Part shown: positions 12,331-23,125 of the stretch, one piece after another
How positions within the stretch are numbered: position 1 is the stretch's first letter
Layout: each line of letters opens with the position of its first letter
From: Lama glama
Taxonomy: Eukaryota
Length of the DNA: 64,000 bases
Assembly: GCA_028534125.1 (NCBI GenBank)
Contig: CM052816.1
Span: 77,502,001-77,566,000, forward strand
Direction of reading: 5' to 3'
Notes under the pieces: model-generated
Told to the model about the DNA's origin: nothing
Database searches by the model: none
Seen by the model: the letters and a program-made list of their open reading frames with translations, nothing else
Made by a program: the position numbers and the translations under genes

Positions 12331-12824
12331 ACCTGTCTCCTTCCTGGGCCTCTGTTTTGTTAGCCCATCAGTGATTTTCCCAGAGATGCCAGCGTGCTGG
12401 GCTTGGGTTCATGTGACGGGGCAGGATCTGGATTTAAGAGGCACCAAGTAGACTCCAAGATACCCGTCACCAGCACTGTGTCCTCTCTACCCAGATTATG
12501 CTCTAGTCTGAGCAGAGAGCCACCCTCACTGCAGGGCAGGAGACTGGGTGGCTGGGGACACTGCTAGGGATGATGCCAACCCCTTGGTGGGGTCCAGGGT
12601 GAAAGTTTCAGTGCTGTCAAGGGGAGATGGAACCTCAGCCAATGGTAGCCTAGGTGGGGCCAACCCAGTCTTCCCCTCTTAGGATAGGGTATACCGCAGA
12701 GGGTGGGGCTGAGGGCTCCTGAAGTCACAGAGGGGCGCTTATGGGAGCATCTGAGAATAAAAGCACAGCATGCAAAACACAAGCCAGCTGAAGACGTGCA
12801 TCTCTTCTTTATGAGTCGTGAGGG

Positions 12825-13060
12825 CTTTGGTAAAAATAGCCAGAGCAGGGCTCAGAATTCAGTCCGCCCCGGGTCTACCATCGAATCTGTTACTTGCTAA
12901 TGTACAATCTGAAGAACGTCCCTTCACTTCTCTGAGTATCAGCATCTTTGTCAGTAAAACGAGGTCATAGGATAGTTGTGAAGATTAAATGGAAAAACAA
13001 ACGTAAAGCATGAGGGTGAGTGCCTGGCAGGTAACAGACTCTTAATAAGTGATAGCTACT
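12825..13060 (+). mobile_element. MIR SINE
   Basis: cttcacttctctgagtatcagcatctttgtcagtaaaacgagg...gttgtgaagattaaatg...gtgcctggca. Confidence 0.75.
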
Positions 13061-13860
13061 TGTCATGATGGCAACTAGGACCCCGGATACCATGCCTTGC
13101 AGGCACTTACTAAGTCAAGTTACAGACATCACCACCACCACCACCTCCACCACTGTTACAGCTGCAGTGTTCCGGGCACTGGTGCTAACTCCTTGAGAGC
13201 ATGTAAAAAGGCTCGAGCCTATGGAATAACCACAGTAGAGAGGGGAAGGAAGAGGACAGTGAAAGAAAAGAAAACAGAACGTTTCTAAGGCAGAAAAATT
13301 CACCCCGAGAGACCTTGACAGGAAACAGAAAAGAAATAGATGGAGAGCCAACAATGGGTTAGTGGAAGGACAGGATGCCGGCTGGAGAAGAAAAATAAAC
13401 AACTGGCACCGTCTGAATATACATTTCCAATTACATCATTTGCTTCTACATTGTGTCTCCAGGCAGTTGAGAAGATACAAATATGTCATATTTATTTATA
13501 AAGCTTTATTGGGATTTCAAAAAAAATCAGATTTGAATTTTATGGAGAAAAGAAGGGGAAAAAACAGCTGTAAGGTGGTTGTTTTCTCCCAGGATAAACG
13601 GGGTGGGCTGAGTTCAGGAGGGAAGTGCTTATGCCAGAACCCTCCACAGGGCTGCCTTCCTGAAGACACAGATGGGCGCGTGGTGAGGTTCCGGCCTCCG
13701 CGAAAGACATTCTCAGTCCCCAAGGACTATACTGACATTAGTTATTATTATTATATACAGTAGCATACATACACACCAAGTTAGAAATCCTTCTGAATAT
13801 CCATGAAATGCCAATCAGGGGTGTGCTTTTGGGGGGGACCGCCAGGTCGGAAATACTCAC

Positions 13861-13944
13861 GGTGGTCGGGGTATCCGGGCTGAGCGGCACGCGGTGGGAC
13901 CGCTCCTGCAGGGATTTATCTACACCGACCTCAGAGTAAAAGAC
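13861..13944 (-). CDS. EGFLAM: EGFLAM coding exon 3 (FN3 domain 1)
   Basis: ctgcatctcttccag|GTCTTTTAC...CCGACCACC|gtgagt; 84 nt, phase 0/0. Translates to VFYSEVGVDKSLQERSHRVPLSPDTPTT (seen within ORF 13738..13995) and continues exon 2 in frame. Confidence 0.97.
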
Positions 13945-14399
13945 CTGGAAGAGATGCAGACATCCAGGGTGAGAGAGGGGCCAACATTTCTCCACCTGAC
14001 AGAGGACCGGGTTTGAATTTCACTGACGATCGCAGTGGGTCCTGAGGGGAGCTGCCGTACCTCCTGCACCCTAGCTCCTTGTCCGCAACCATCAGACATA
14101 CCCAGCCCGAGTCGCAAACCTATGTCTGCAGAGGCCAGGAGGAGGACACACAGCAGAGTGGGAATGGAGAGGGCTGAACCCAACTCCCGTTACTTCTCCC
14201 CTAAACCACGACTCTTTCAGGTAATCTTTTATTTTCCCACTTTTGATAGAACTTGAGTCCAGAAATACATCTCTCTACTTTAAGATGACACAGAACAAGG
14301 GCCATGACAGATGGCTACTCTCCCTGGGTGATGGGGGGACAGGAGGGCGTGGTGGCTCTGGGTGTTATGGGGGGGTTTACATCCCAGGGGACAGCTCAG

Positions 14400-14573
14400 C
14401 GCCAGTGGGCCTGGCGCCCCCTCATAGGAAGGTGGGCCCGGAATATTCCTAGATATTTCAAGACTCCAACTTTATCTGAAATCTTCTAATTTCTAAAAGT
14501 TGACTCATTTTAAAAACCACTATGCAAGGAAAACATTTTGGTGAACTGAAGTCAAGCCAGTTTGCAACCTCTG
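14400..14573. mobile_element. hAT-Charlie (MER102-like) fragment in intron 2
   Basis: Ends in gccagtttgcaacctctg, the MER102-type terminus, preceded by ttttaaaaaccactatgcaagg. Confidence 0.5.
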
Positions 14574-15000
14574 AGGGGTGGGGGCGCGCCCTGCGTTCCC
14601 TCCCCCACTTTGCCTGCACGCCCCTTCACTTGGATTCAGATGTCACATGATTTTGTGCTTATTGACAGCCTTCCTCAGTGACTCCTGATTATTTCCCGTG
14701 TTTCTGCTTTTGTCTCCAAATTTGACTGCAGGCAATTAGAGAGCAGGAACCATGTCTTCTACTGAGTTTGTATTTTTTCACGCCTGAACAGAGTAAGGAC
14801 TCAGTAGACCCAACTGACTTTCAGGGCACTTACAAATGTCCTTAAAACAGGAACAGCTCCTCTGGTTTCATGGAAGAAGAATGAGGCCCAACATGGGAGG
14901 GCTGCTACCAGGAAGCCGTATACAGGGCGAGCAAGGATGGGAAGGAGGTCCAGGTACCTCAACAAACCCACTACAGAAATCCCCATGCCCGAGTACTCAC

Positions 15001-15110
15001 AGTATACCCAATGATGGGGCTCCCAGGATGCCTTGGCATTTTCCACTGGATGCTGAAAGCTGTACAGTTCAATGCATCCAGCGTGATGTCAAGAGGCGGC
15101 CCCACCTTGC
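15001..15110 (-). CDS. EGFLAM: EGFLAM (pikachurin) coding exon 2, start of FN3 domain 1
   Basis: Minus strand reads tctcttttattttgggacag|GCAAGGTGGGG...GGGTATACT|gtgagt. The exon is 110 nt, phase 1 in and phase 0 out. It translates to (G)[36 protein letters not shown], which I recognise as mammalian pikachurin FN3-1. Confidence 0.97.
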
Positions 15111-15594
15111 CTGTCCCAAAATAAAAGAGATTATGTTAGAAGCTCTGTGCATGCTGCCTTGAGTACACTTACACAGGATGTAAGAGAGTGTGCTTACAGA
15201 CGGAGAGCATACTTAGAAATGATTCTGCAGGCGCCTCTCCAGTACGCCACACCTGTGTCGGCTGACTTCCCCAGCACTCTGCTAGCTCCTCCCCGCTTCA
15301 CAATCGGAAGGAAATCAGCCCAGCTACTGCCCACAGTCCCTTCTGTAGCTTATAATACCTCAAGTACGAGTGAAGGGAAATTCGGGGTACCACAGACCAA
15401 ACACTCTGGCTTGACTCTAGGAGCTTGAAATAAAGCAAAATCGTGATTTTTTTTTTAACTCAGCAACATTTTATAGACATGAATATAGATACATCTGTTT
15501 ATAGAGCTCATATATTCTTATTGCTGAACATTTCAAAAATACGGTTTAGTGTAAAATGGGATCAGGAATTTTCAAATGTTTTACTGTATCCTTA

Positions 15595-15684
15595 GGGGAG
15601 GGTAATAGCTCAGTGGTAGAGAGCATGCTTAGCATGCACGAGGTCCTGGGTTCTATCCCCAGTACCTCCATTTAAAAAAAAAAA
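15595..15684 (+). mobile_element. tRNA-Ala-derived camelid SINE (Vic-1 type)
   Basis: ggggagggtaatagctcagtggtagagagcatgcttagcatgcacgaggtcctgggttctatccccagtacctcca followed by ttt and an A-tail. cctta occurs on both flanks (possible short TSD). Confidence 0.92.
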
Positions 15685-15844
15685 CCCTTAAAATAATAAT
15701 AATATATTTTATGTTTATAAAAACAACATATGCAGATTTCAGATTTTAGAAAACACACACAAAAAATTACACCATTCAGAAATGAGTCCTGCCAACATTT
15801 TAATATAGTATACCTCCTCTTGGTTACATGTAATTTTCTTAAAG

Positions 15845-16022
15845 ATATATATATATATATGCACTCATATATGTATATATTTTATCTATATAATGTATAT
15901 ATAATTTTAATTTTTCTTTGTTTTGTTTATTATACATAATATTCATATATCCACATTATATATATTCAACATAGATTCATATATATTTTTATTTGACTTA
16001 GTATATATATAAATATATATAA
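15845..16022. repeat. AT-rich (TA)n low-complexity tract
   Basis: Multiple tatatata runs. Confidence 0.8.
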
Positions 16023-16849
16023 ACTGATCATCTGCATTTATTAATAAAAGTAATTATTTTAATTTTTAATGGCTGTTACCTTTTCCATATAATGCATGTG
16101 TCATAATTTATAGTCTATCTCATTCCAGTATTGTTAGACACAGTTAATTTCTGGCATTTTGCTATTTTAAGTAGTACACCATGAGGGCAGGAACTAGGCG
16201 TCCTATTTAGAGCACAGAGATTAATAGACAGAAGAGCTCAATAAACCTTCCTCGAGAGAATGAATGTCCTTCAGTTTGATTTTCCAACTCCTAACATGTC
16301 CTGATGATTTCTTTTTAAGGACTGCATGTAACTCTCCAGCATATCACCTGGGGTACTTCGCTTGCAATTCACAGAGATCTAATGTGTCGATTTCTTGAAC
16401 TACCACTTAGGGCTTCCACTAATATTTTCAGTATCAGAGCCCAGGGCATTTCTGGTGGGCCAAGTAAAGGAGGCTCAGTGCTGTCACTGGCAAGAACTGC
16501 CATAGACATAGACACCCCCTACTGCGACCACTGCAGCCACTGAGTGATTTGGCTTTCAACAGTCCTCACGCTCTGCCTTGGGTCAAGATTTAAAGTCCCA
16601 TCTGATTGGCCAAACTTTTATCATGTGACAAACTTAAGTCATGTGACCAAGGTATCAGCGAGGAAAGATCAGTTTTTTATGGTTTCCAAACTGGGAACTG
16701 ACAGGATGAACAGAGTCCTGTTAATAGTTCTTCTGCTAAGCCTGCCCACTGTACAGGAGTCTCCCTAAAGGAGGACAGATCACAGGAAGAGAGTAGAGGG
16801 AGGTAGGATGGCCAAAAACTCTGCTAGACAGGGCACGTGTGTACCTTAA

Positions 16850-17660
16850 CTATGACTCCAGTGATTGATATTGAGGTGGTTTCCAACACTTCACTGTTAA
16901 AAATAGTGCTTAGAAGAATATCTATGTGTGTGTACCTTTTTGTGCACATGTCCAAGCATTTGTGGGGTGGATACCTATTAAAAATTATGAAAATTTTGAG
17001 GATATGCATTTTAATTTTTAATAGCTACCAATCTGTTGCTCTCCAAAAAGGATTAAATAAATGAAGCTTGAAGTACATTCAATTTTTTCATTTGGGTAAA
17101 TTCTTAGAGTAGAATTCCTGTGTCTAAGACAGAATTTATCAGCCTCCACTCTGTCGACGTTTTGGCTGGACAGCTTTTCATGCAGGCCATCTTGTGCATT
17201 GTGGGGTCTTGAGAAGCATCTCCGGTCTCTACCCATCAGATGCCAGCAGCACCCCCCAACCATAGTATGAAAACCAAAAACATCTCCAGATACTGCCAAA
17301 TGTCCCCTGGGGGGACAAAACTGACTCCAGCTGAAAACTGTTGAGCGAAGAGAATGAATATTTTAAAGACTTTAAAAAGTGTAACCAAACTTGTATCTAG
17401 AAATTTAGACTTTTTGGAGGTGTATGAGAATGCCCAGTATTAGTACCACATCTTCACCAGATCTGAGTATTACTTTAAAATCTTTGCTAATTTGATAAGA
17501 AAAAAAGATGAGTATTTTAATATCTTCTTTGGCTAGTTTTCTTCCTCCATTCATGTATTTTGTACATTTTTCAATTGGGTTAATTGTTTTCTCACTGATT
17601 TAAAAGAGCTCTTAATGTGTTAAAGATCTGAATCATTTACGTATATTTTTTCTTGTGTAG
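16850..17660 (-). mobile_element. Old L1 (L1ME-like) fragments interrupted by MER20
   Basis: Antisense L1 3' motifs (ttccaacacttcactgttaaaaatagtgct; tttgggtaaattcttagagtagaatt; gtgtatgagaatgccc; ctttgctaatttgataag) on both sides of the MER20. Confidence 0.6.
17130..17343. mobile_element. MER20 (hAT-Charlie)
   Basis: gcatctccggtctctacccatcagatgccagcagcaccccc...aaccaaaaacatctccagatactgccaaatgtcccctgggggg, the diagnostic MER20 interior. Confidence 0.9.
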
Positions 17661-18124
17661 TTTTTTTCCTGGGTCCAGCTGCATAATTATCTATTACTGG
17701 CTAGCTTTACTGCCGAGTTGGGGTTTATGCTAACAGAACCTCAAAAGAAGCTGGGAATAGGGGGAAAGATAATGGAAATGATTTACCAAACCCTCACAAA
17801 ACCATAGGATAATCAGTAAGCAATGGTTCAGTAAAGAAAACAGAAAATTGGTGGGTCCAGATTTACATCCAGAATACTGGCTGCAAGGCAGTCTGGGAAA
17901 TGTAGTTTTTATTTCTCCAGCCTTTGCATTACAGTAATGGCACTTAGAAGGAGGGTAAAATGGATGCTGTTGAACAAGTCAATTCACAGTAGCCGTGACA
18001 TCCTGGTACCATAAAAATCATGAATTCCAGTATACTGTCCCCTTTACTTTCATATTTTCTAGGAAAGTATTCAAACCAAGCCCTGTTGGGACACATCTAC
18101 ACATGACTTCTCTTTTATTGATAT

Positions 18125-18600
18125 TTTATTCATTCATTTATTCAATCTTTCACACACCTAACAAATATTTATTGAGCCCCTATAAGTATCAGGCACTGGC
18201 TTAGTCAGGGAGGCTACATTAATGATGAGGAGAGACAGGGCACCACAAAGAGATTAGCAGGACATTACAGTTGGGTGTGAGGTGCCTAAAGGAAGCATGG
18301 GGCTCTTTAGCGTCACGTAGCAAGGACACACCTGACTCCACCTGACAGACTGGTAGGAATGAGGTAAAGCAGGGGTGGAAAAGTGACCCAAGCAGAAGGT
18401 GCAGCAAATACTCATCCTCAAAGAGTCAAGGGAAGAGCCGCATAATAGCACCAGTAGGGCACTGCGGTTGAGTGGAGGTGGTTGGTGAACGAGAGGAAGG
18501 AGAGTTCCAAGGATACAGCCTTGGGCAACACAGGGGAGGTGGTAGATGCCACCTACTCATTTAGGGACTGATGTGTGGTCCTCTACAGCCGGTGAGTGAG
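18125..18600 (-). mobile_element. L2 3' fragment
   Basis: ttcattcatttattcaa...aacaaatatttattgagcccctataagtatcaggcactgg. Confidence 0.7.
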
Positions 18601-18679
18601 AGGTGGCCAGGTGAGGTATTTGGGCCAAATACCAAAACTATCCAAGATGAATCAAATGGTTAAAGATAGGCAATCAAAA

Positions 18680-19445
18680 TATGGAAAAGAATAGAAGTTT
18701 AAAATCAGATCATTTTTAAGATAAACCTTTCTAAGCTCAAAAGAGGTAAAGAAAATAAATCAAAAGAAAAGTGATGGATTCCACATCATAAAACCTTCAT
18801 TATGCTCTTCAAAAATTACAAAAGAAATAAATCAAAACAAAAGATCAAAAGGGTATATAATCACAGCAAAATGACAGGCCAAGGGATATCTTTATTATAA
18901 AACTCCTGCCTATTGAGAAAAAACATACTCAGACCTAAATAAATAAAATACAAAGAGACAACTCATAAAAGAGGAAGTACAGCTGGTAAACACACATGGC
19001 AAACTATTCAAATTTGCTAGTTATCAAATAAATACAACTTCTAAGAATTGAGGTGTCATTTTGACCCATTAAATTAGCCAAAATGCTTAAGTGATAGTAA
19101 CTAATGCTGACAAGGGTACATGAATATGCTACTCTCCAAATATTACTTATGGCAGAGTAAATGAGCACAGGAATTTGGAAAGACAATCTGGCAAAGTGCA
19201 GTATTATCCAGAGCCGCCAGTGCGTTCCTTTCCCCGGAGTCTCAGAAGTGGGATTGCGGTCTGTCATGAGGAAAGAATCTTAAAAGAAGAGAAGTCTGCT
19301 CATATGACGATGTTCTTCAGGGGATCACTTGTGATACAGAAAAACCATAAACATTCTCAATACTTAGGAACAGGGCAATGGGCAGGTCAGTCACGGTGCA
19401 TTCCCTGGATGGGCTGTCATACAAACATTAAAAATGAGATTTGAG
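18680..19445 (+). mobile_element. Old L1 ORF2 3' / UTR fragment (L1ME/L1MC-like)
   Basis: A-rich, with gacaactcataaaagaggaagtacagctggtaaacac...ttttgacccattaaattagccaaaat...ttggaaagacaatctggca. Confidence 0.65.
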
Positions 19446-19449
19446 TAAA

Positions 19450-19715
19450 CACACTGTGGTATCTAGGATTGGATCTGGAACAGGAACAGGAGATTAATGG
19501 GAAAACCAGTGAAATCCAAATAGTCTGTAGTTTAGTTTAGTTGATACTATTGGACTACTAGTAGTTAGTATTAACACTAGTTAGTTTTTTAGAGTTGACA
19601 AATGCACCATGGTGATATAAGATGTTAACAGTAGGAGAAACTGGGTGAAAGATAGACAGAATTCACAACCCTCTATAAATCTAAATTAATTTCAAAATTA
19701 AGCTTACTTTTAAAA
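19450..19715 (+). mobile_element. L1MC-type 3' end
   Basis: ggattggatctggaacagga...gggaaaaccagtgaaatccaaatagtctgtagtttag...aagatgttaacagtaggagaaactgggtgaa...taaatctaaattaatttcaaaa. Confidence 0.7.
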
Positions 19716-20824
19716 CGAGGTTTGAATCACTCTACGGCAACAATTAAGATGGAGTGTTAAATACAAAGTATACCTAGTGGCCGTGGATACAATTATTAGA
19801 GCCATGTGAAATGCTCATTTGTAAGATAATTGGAAGGCAAGAGGAAAAGGCTAATTGTTGTATTACGGTTGCTAAGATTAAGGATGACTTTTCCCCCCTG
19901 TTTTCTTCTATTTGGTATTTACAGGACATTATTGTTTTTCATCATTTGAAATAATTACTTTGAAAAGTTTCTTTATATTCAAAGACCAAATGTGGCATGG
20001 GTGTGGATGTGACCAGGCTCCCTTGTAACTAAAGGAAATCCACAAACTAACAAACGCTTCATTAGAGCAGGCTGTGTTGTTTCAGGTTTGCTGTCTGCCT
20101 CTCAGTTTAATGGTAAGGCTAAAAGTAGTTTGCAGTTAATGAAGCAGGTTTACTAGCTCTTAACCAAAGGTAATGTACCTGCCGTATCACAAGTCAACTA
20201 TCACACTGAAACGAAGGTGTCCAGAGAGGCTATTGCTGCTGTAAACAATGCTGCACAGAATCGTCACTCAACAGTGACTGAAGCACCAATGGGGTGACCT
20301 GATCTTGTAAAGGACACAGAACAGGCACTCTCTTGCTCCACCCTTCTTTGGTGGCTGGCCGGAATCTAGAACAAGATTTCCCCCAGTTTTTTGCTGTCTA
20401 TACCCTGGATTCTCTAGGATAATTCTGATTCCAAATTATGTCTTATAATGATGTCTCACGATTATGAATATGTTAATATGTTATTAATATTCTAAGTTAT
20501 GTCTCACAATTGTGTCCAAGGGGGCATCAACACAGGGCATCACAGGATATGAAGGCCTACAGGATGGCCCAGCCAGATCTCACAATGTGCAGGGGAGGAG
20601 AAATGGGCCGTGGCCCTGGTCTCACATCTTCCTGAACATTCTAAACTAGAGCGAGTGAGGCAGCCCAGTGCTCCGACTACACTGCCTTCACATACACTCA
20701 CTCAGTGTATGTGATACCATTTCCCAGAACAAAGAAGATTTGTTTTCTCTCTCAAAGTAACTAACATATAATGCTACAATTATTATTATTATTTTAATTT
20801 TCAAATCTTTTTAAAAAAGAAATA

Positions 20825-21955
20825 AAATGAGACAAAATATTTGCAAACCATATTTTGATAAGAGGTTAATATCCAAAATAAATAAGAAACTCACACAACT
20901 CAATAGCAAAAAAAAATCATATGAATAAAAAAGGGTCAAAGAACATGAATAGACATTTATCCCAAAGAAGATGTACCAATAAATAGCCAACAGGTACACG
21001 AAAAGGTGCTCAACATCACTGATCATCAGGGAAATGCAAATCAAAACCACAAGGAGATGCCACCTCACACCTGCTAGAATGGCTGTTACCAAAAAGACAA
21101 GAAATAACAAGGATTGGCAAGGATGTGGAGAAAAGGGAACCCCTGTGCACTGTTGGTGGGAATGTCTATTGGTGAAGCCACTGTGGAAAACAATATGGAA
21201 ATTACTCAAATAATTTAAAATATAACCACTATATGATCCAGGAATCTCACTTCTGGGCAGTTATCTGAAGGAAATGAAAACAGGATCTCAAAGATATATC
21301 AACCCCTTCAACATTCACTGCAGCGTTATTTACAATAGCCAAGACATGGGAACAACTAGTGTTTATTGATGGATGAATAAGAATATATGGTGTACCATAT
21401 ATCCATACCACAAGGGAATATACTATTCAACCATAAAGAACGAAGGAATTCCTGCCATTTGCGACAACATGGATGAGCCTTAAGGGCCTTATACTAAGTG
21501 AAATAACTCAGACAGAGAGAAACAAATACCATGTTATCTCATTTATATGTGAAATATTAAAAAAAACTCATAACAGAAACAGAGTAGACTGGTGGATGTT
21601 AGGGGTTGGGGAAGATGGGGTGGGGGCAGGGGGAGAGTGAGTGGTGGTAGTCAAAGCATACTAGTCAAAGTTCCAATTATAAGACAAATAACTAAGCTCT
21701 GGAGACATAATGTACAGCATGATGACTAGTTAACAGTACTTGAAAGTTGCTAAGAGTGTATCCTGAAAGTTCTCACCACAGACACACAAAAGTGTTAACT
21801 GTGAATGATGGATGTCAATGAATCTTATTGTAGTAATCATTCCTCAATGTAAATATCAAATGCATATATCAAATCCTCACATTGTACATCTTAAATGTAT
21901 ACAATGTTATGCATCAATTGTACCTCAATAAAGCTGGAAATAAATGAATAAATGG
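20825..21955 (+). mobile_element. L1 (L1MA9-like) ORF2 C-terminus and 3' UTR, about 1.1 kb, 5'-truncated
   Basis: aaatatttgcaaaccat...atcactgatcatcagggaaatgcaaatcaaaaccaca...ggatgtggagaaaagggaaccc...ctcaataaagctggaaataaa. ORF 20811..21209(-) is its antisense reading. Confidence 0.92.
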
Positions 21956-22216
21956 ATGTATGTTGGTGCATAGGGAATAAAATACAGCTAAAACTCCATT
22001 CTTCAGTTCTCTCTTCCAGAGGTAACAACCATTTGGTGTTACATATCTTATCCCTTTGTGAGTTTGTGTACTTTGATCTTATCTGCACATTTCTTTAATT
22101 TATTTTTACTGGAAACAACCTAACTGTCCATTTATAAAAGAATGGATAAACTGGGTTATTCATACAACATACCAGTATCTGTCCCACTTGAACATCTATT
22201 TTTTTAAAAAGAGATC

Positions 22217-22322
22217 GGGGTTGGGTGGCTATAGCTCAGTCGTAGAGTGTGTGCTTAACATGCACAAGGTCCTGGGTTCAATCCCCAGGACCTCCACTAA
22301 AAAAAGAAGAAGAAAAGAAAAT
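22217..22322 (+). mobile_element. tRNA-Ala-derived camelid SINE (Vic-1 type) with TSD
   Basis: ggggttgggtggctatagctcagtcgtagagtgtgtgcttaacatgcacaaggtcctgggttcaatccccaggacctcca plus an A-rich tail. Flanked by taaaaagagatc (22205-22216) and taaaaagagagatc (22323-22336). Confidence 0.92.
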
Positions 22323-22599
22323 TAAAAAGAGAGATCTATCTGAGTAGAGAGAGAGATGCATAAGAAAACTCTGTTTATGTTAAAACACGACTCAAATATT
22401 AGCCAGCTTCCAATCTCCTCACTGCTGACCTAGCAACTGTGTTTTGGTTTCTAAATCCATTGCCACTTATCCAAGTGCATTTCAGTTTCCAAAATTTCAT
22501 CACTACTGTCTTCTGTCTGTTTCCTTTTGTCCTGCTGGTTAATGCTCTTTGCCCCAATTTATAGGCATTTTAGTGGGATTTGGGAAGGGCCAGTAGTTA

Positions 22600-22780
22600 A
22601 TACATTTGTTCAACCACCACATTTCACAAGAAATTAATTGATCCTCATAATAGCACAGAATAGAGGAAGAAGACATTATTCCCGCTTTCCAGATGAAGAA
22701 ACTGAGGTCTAGAGTCTGTTGATGTAAGATCTTATCAGTGGGGCAGGAGACAGGGACCGTGAGTAACAAAGAAGAGATGA
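22600..22780 (-). mobile_element. MIR SINE
   Basis: attattcccgctttccagatgaagaaactgaggtctag (MIR core, antisense). Confidence 0.8.
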
Positions 22781-22829
22781 TCTCCCCCCCTTAAAGTCTG
22801 TGTTCTCAGTGATTCTGCCCAACCTCCTC

Positions 22830-23125
22830 TTCTCAGCCTAACCACACTCTCTTCCTGGGTGCTTTCACCCCTGCCAGACATTATCACATATATGCTGATG
22901 GCTCCCAATCCATTCCCCCAGCCCAACCTTCTCTCCTAGAGGGCAGGTCTACAAGCCCAACTGCCAAGTGGACCCAGATGTCATGCGGGCCTTTCAAATT
23001 CAACAGGTTAAAACTGAACTCGTCATCTTTCTCTTTAACCTGAGCCCCTCCAGTAATCCTTGTTCTGGGAAATGGTATCACCATTCACCGTAACATCCAG
23101 AAACCTGGAAGTCACTCTTGGCATC
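22830..23125 (+). mobile_element. L2 fragment
   Basis: atcacatatatgctgatggctcccaatc...tcaaattcaacaggttaaaactgaactc...aatggtatcaccattcacc...ccagaaacctggaagtca. Confidence 0.7.

Noticed and set aside
14408..14428. CTCF site in intron 2 (gcgccccctcatagg)
   Set aside because: Only the AGGGGGCGC half matches, with three mismatches in the other half of the core; too weak to call.
15595..15672. Functional tRNA-Ala(AGC) gene
   Set aside because: It has an extra 5' leader, a disrupted acceptor stem, a mutated B box and an A-tail, and two diverged sibling copies occur in the same window. This is a SINE rather than a tRNA gene.
20811..21209. 132-aa hydrophobic ORF resembling a membrane protein
   Set aside because: It is the antisense translation of an L1 ORF2 3' region (FHSGxTNxHSHQQC...[17 protein letters not shown]), a well-known spurious ORF.
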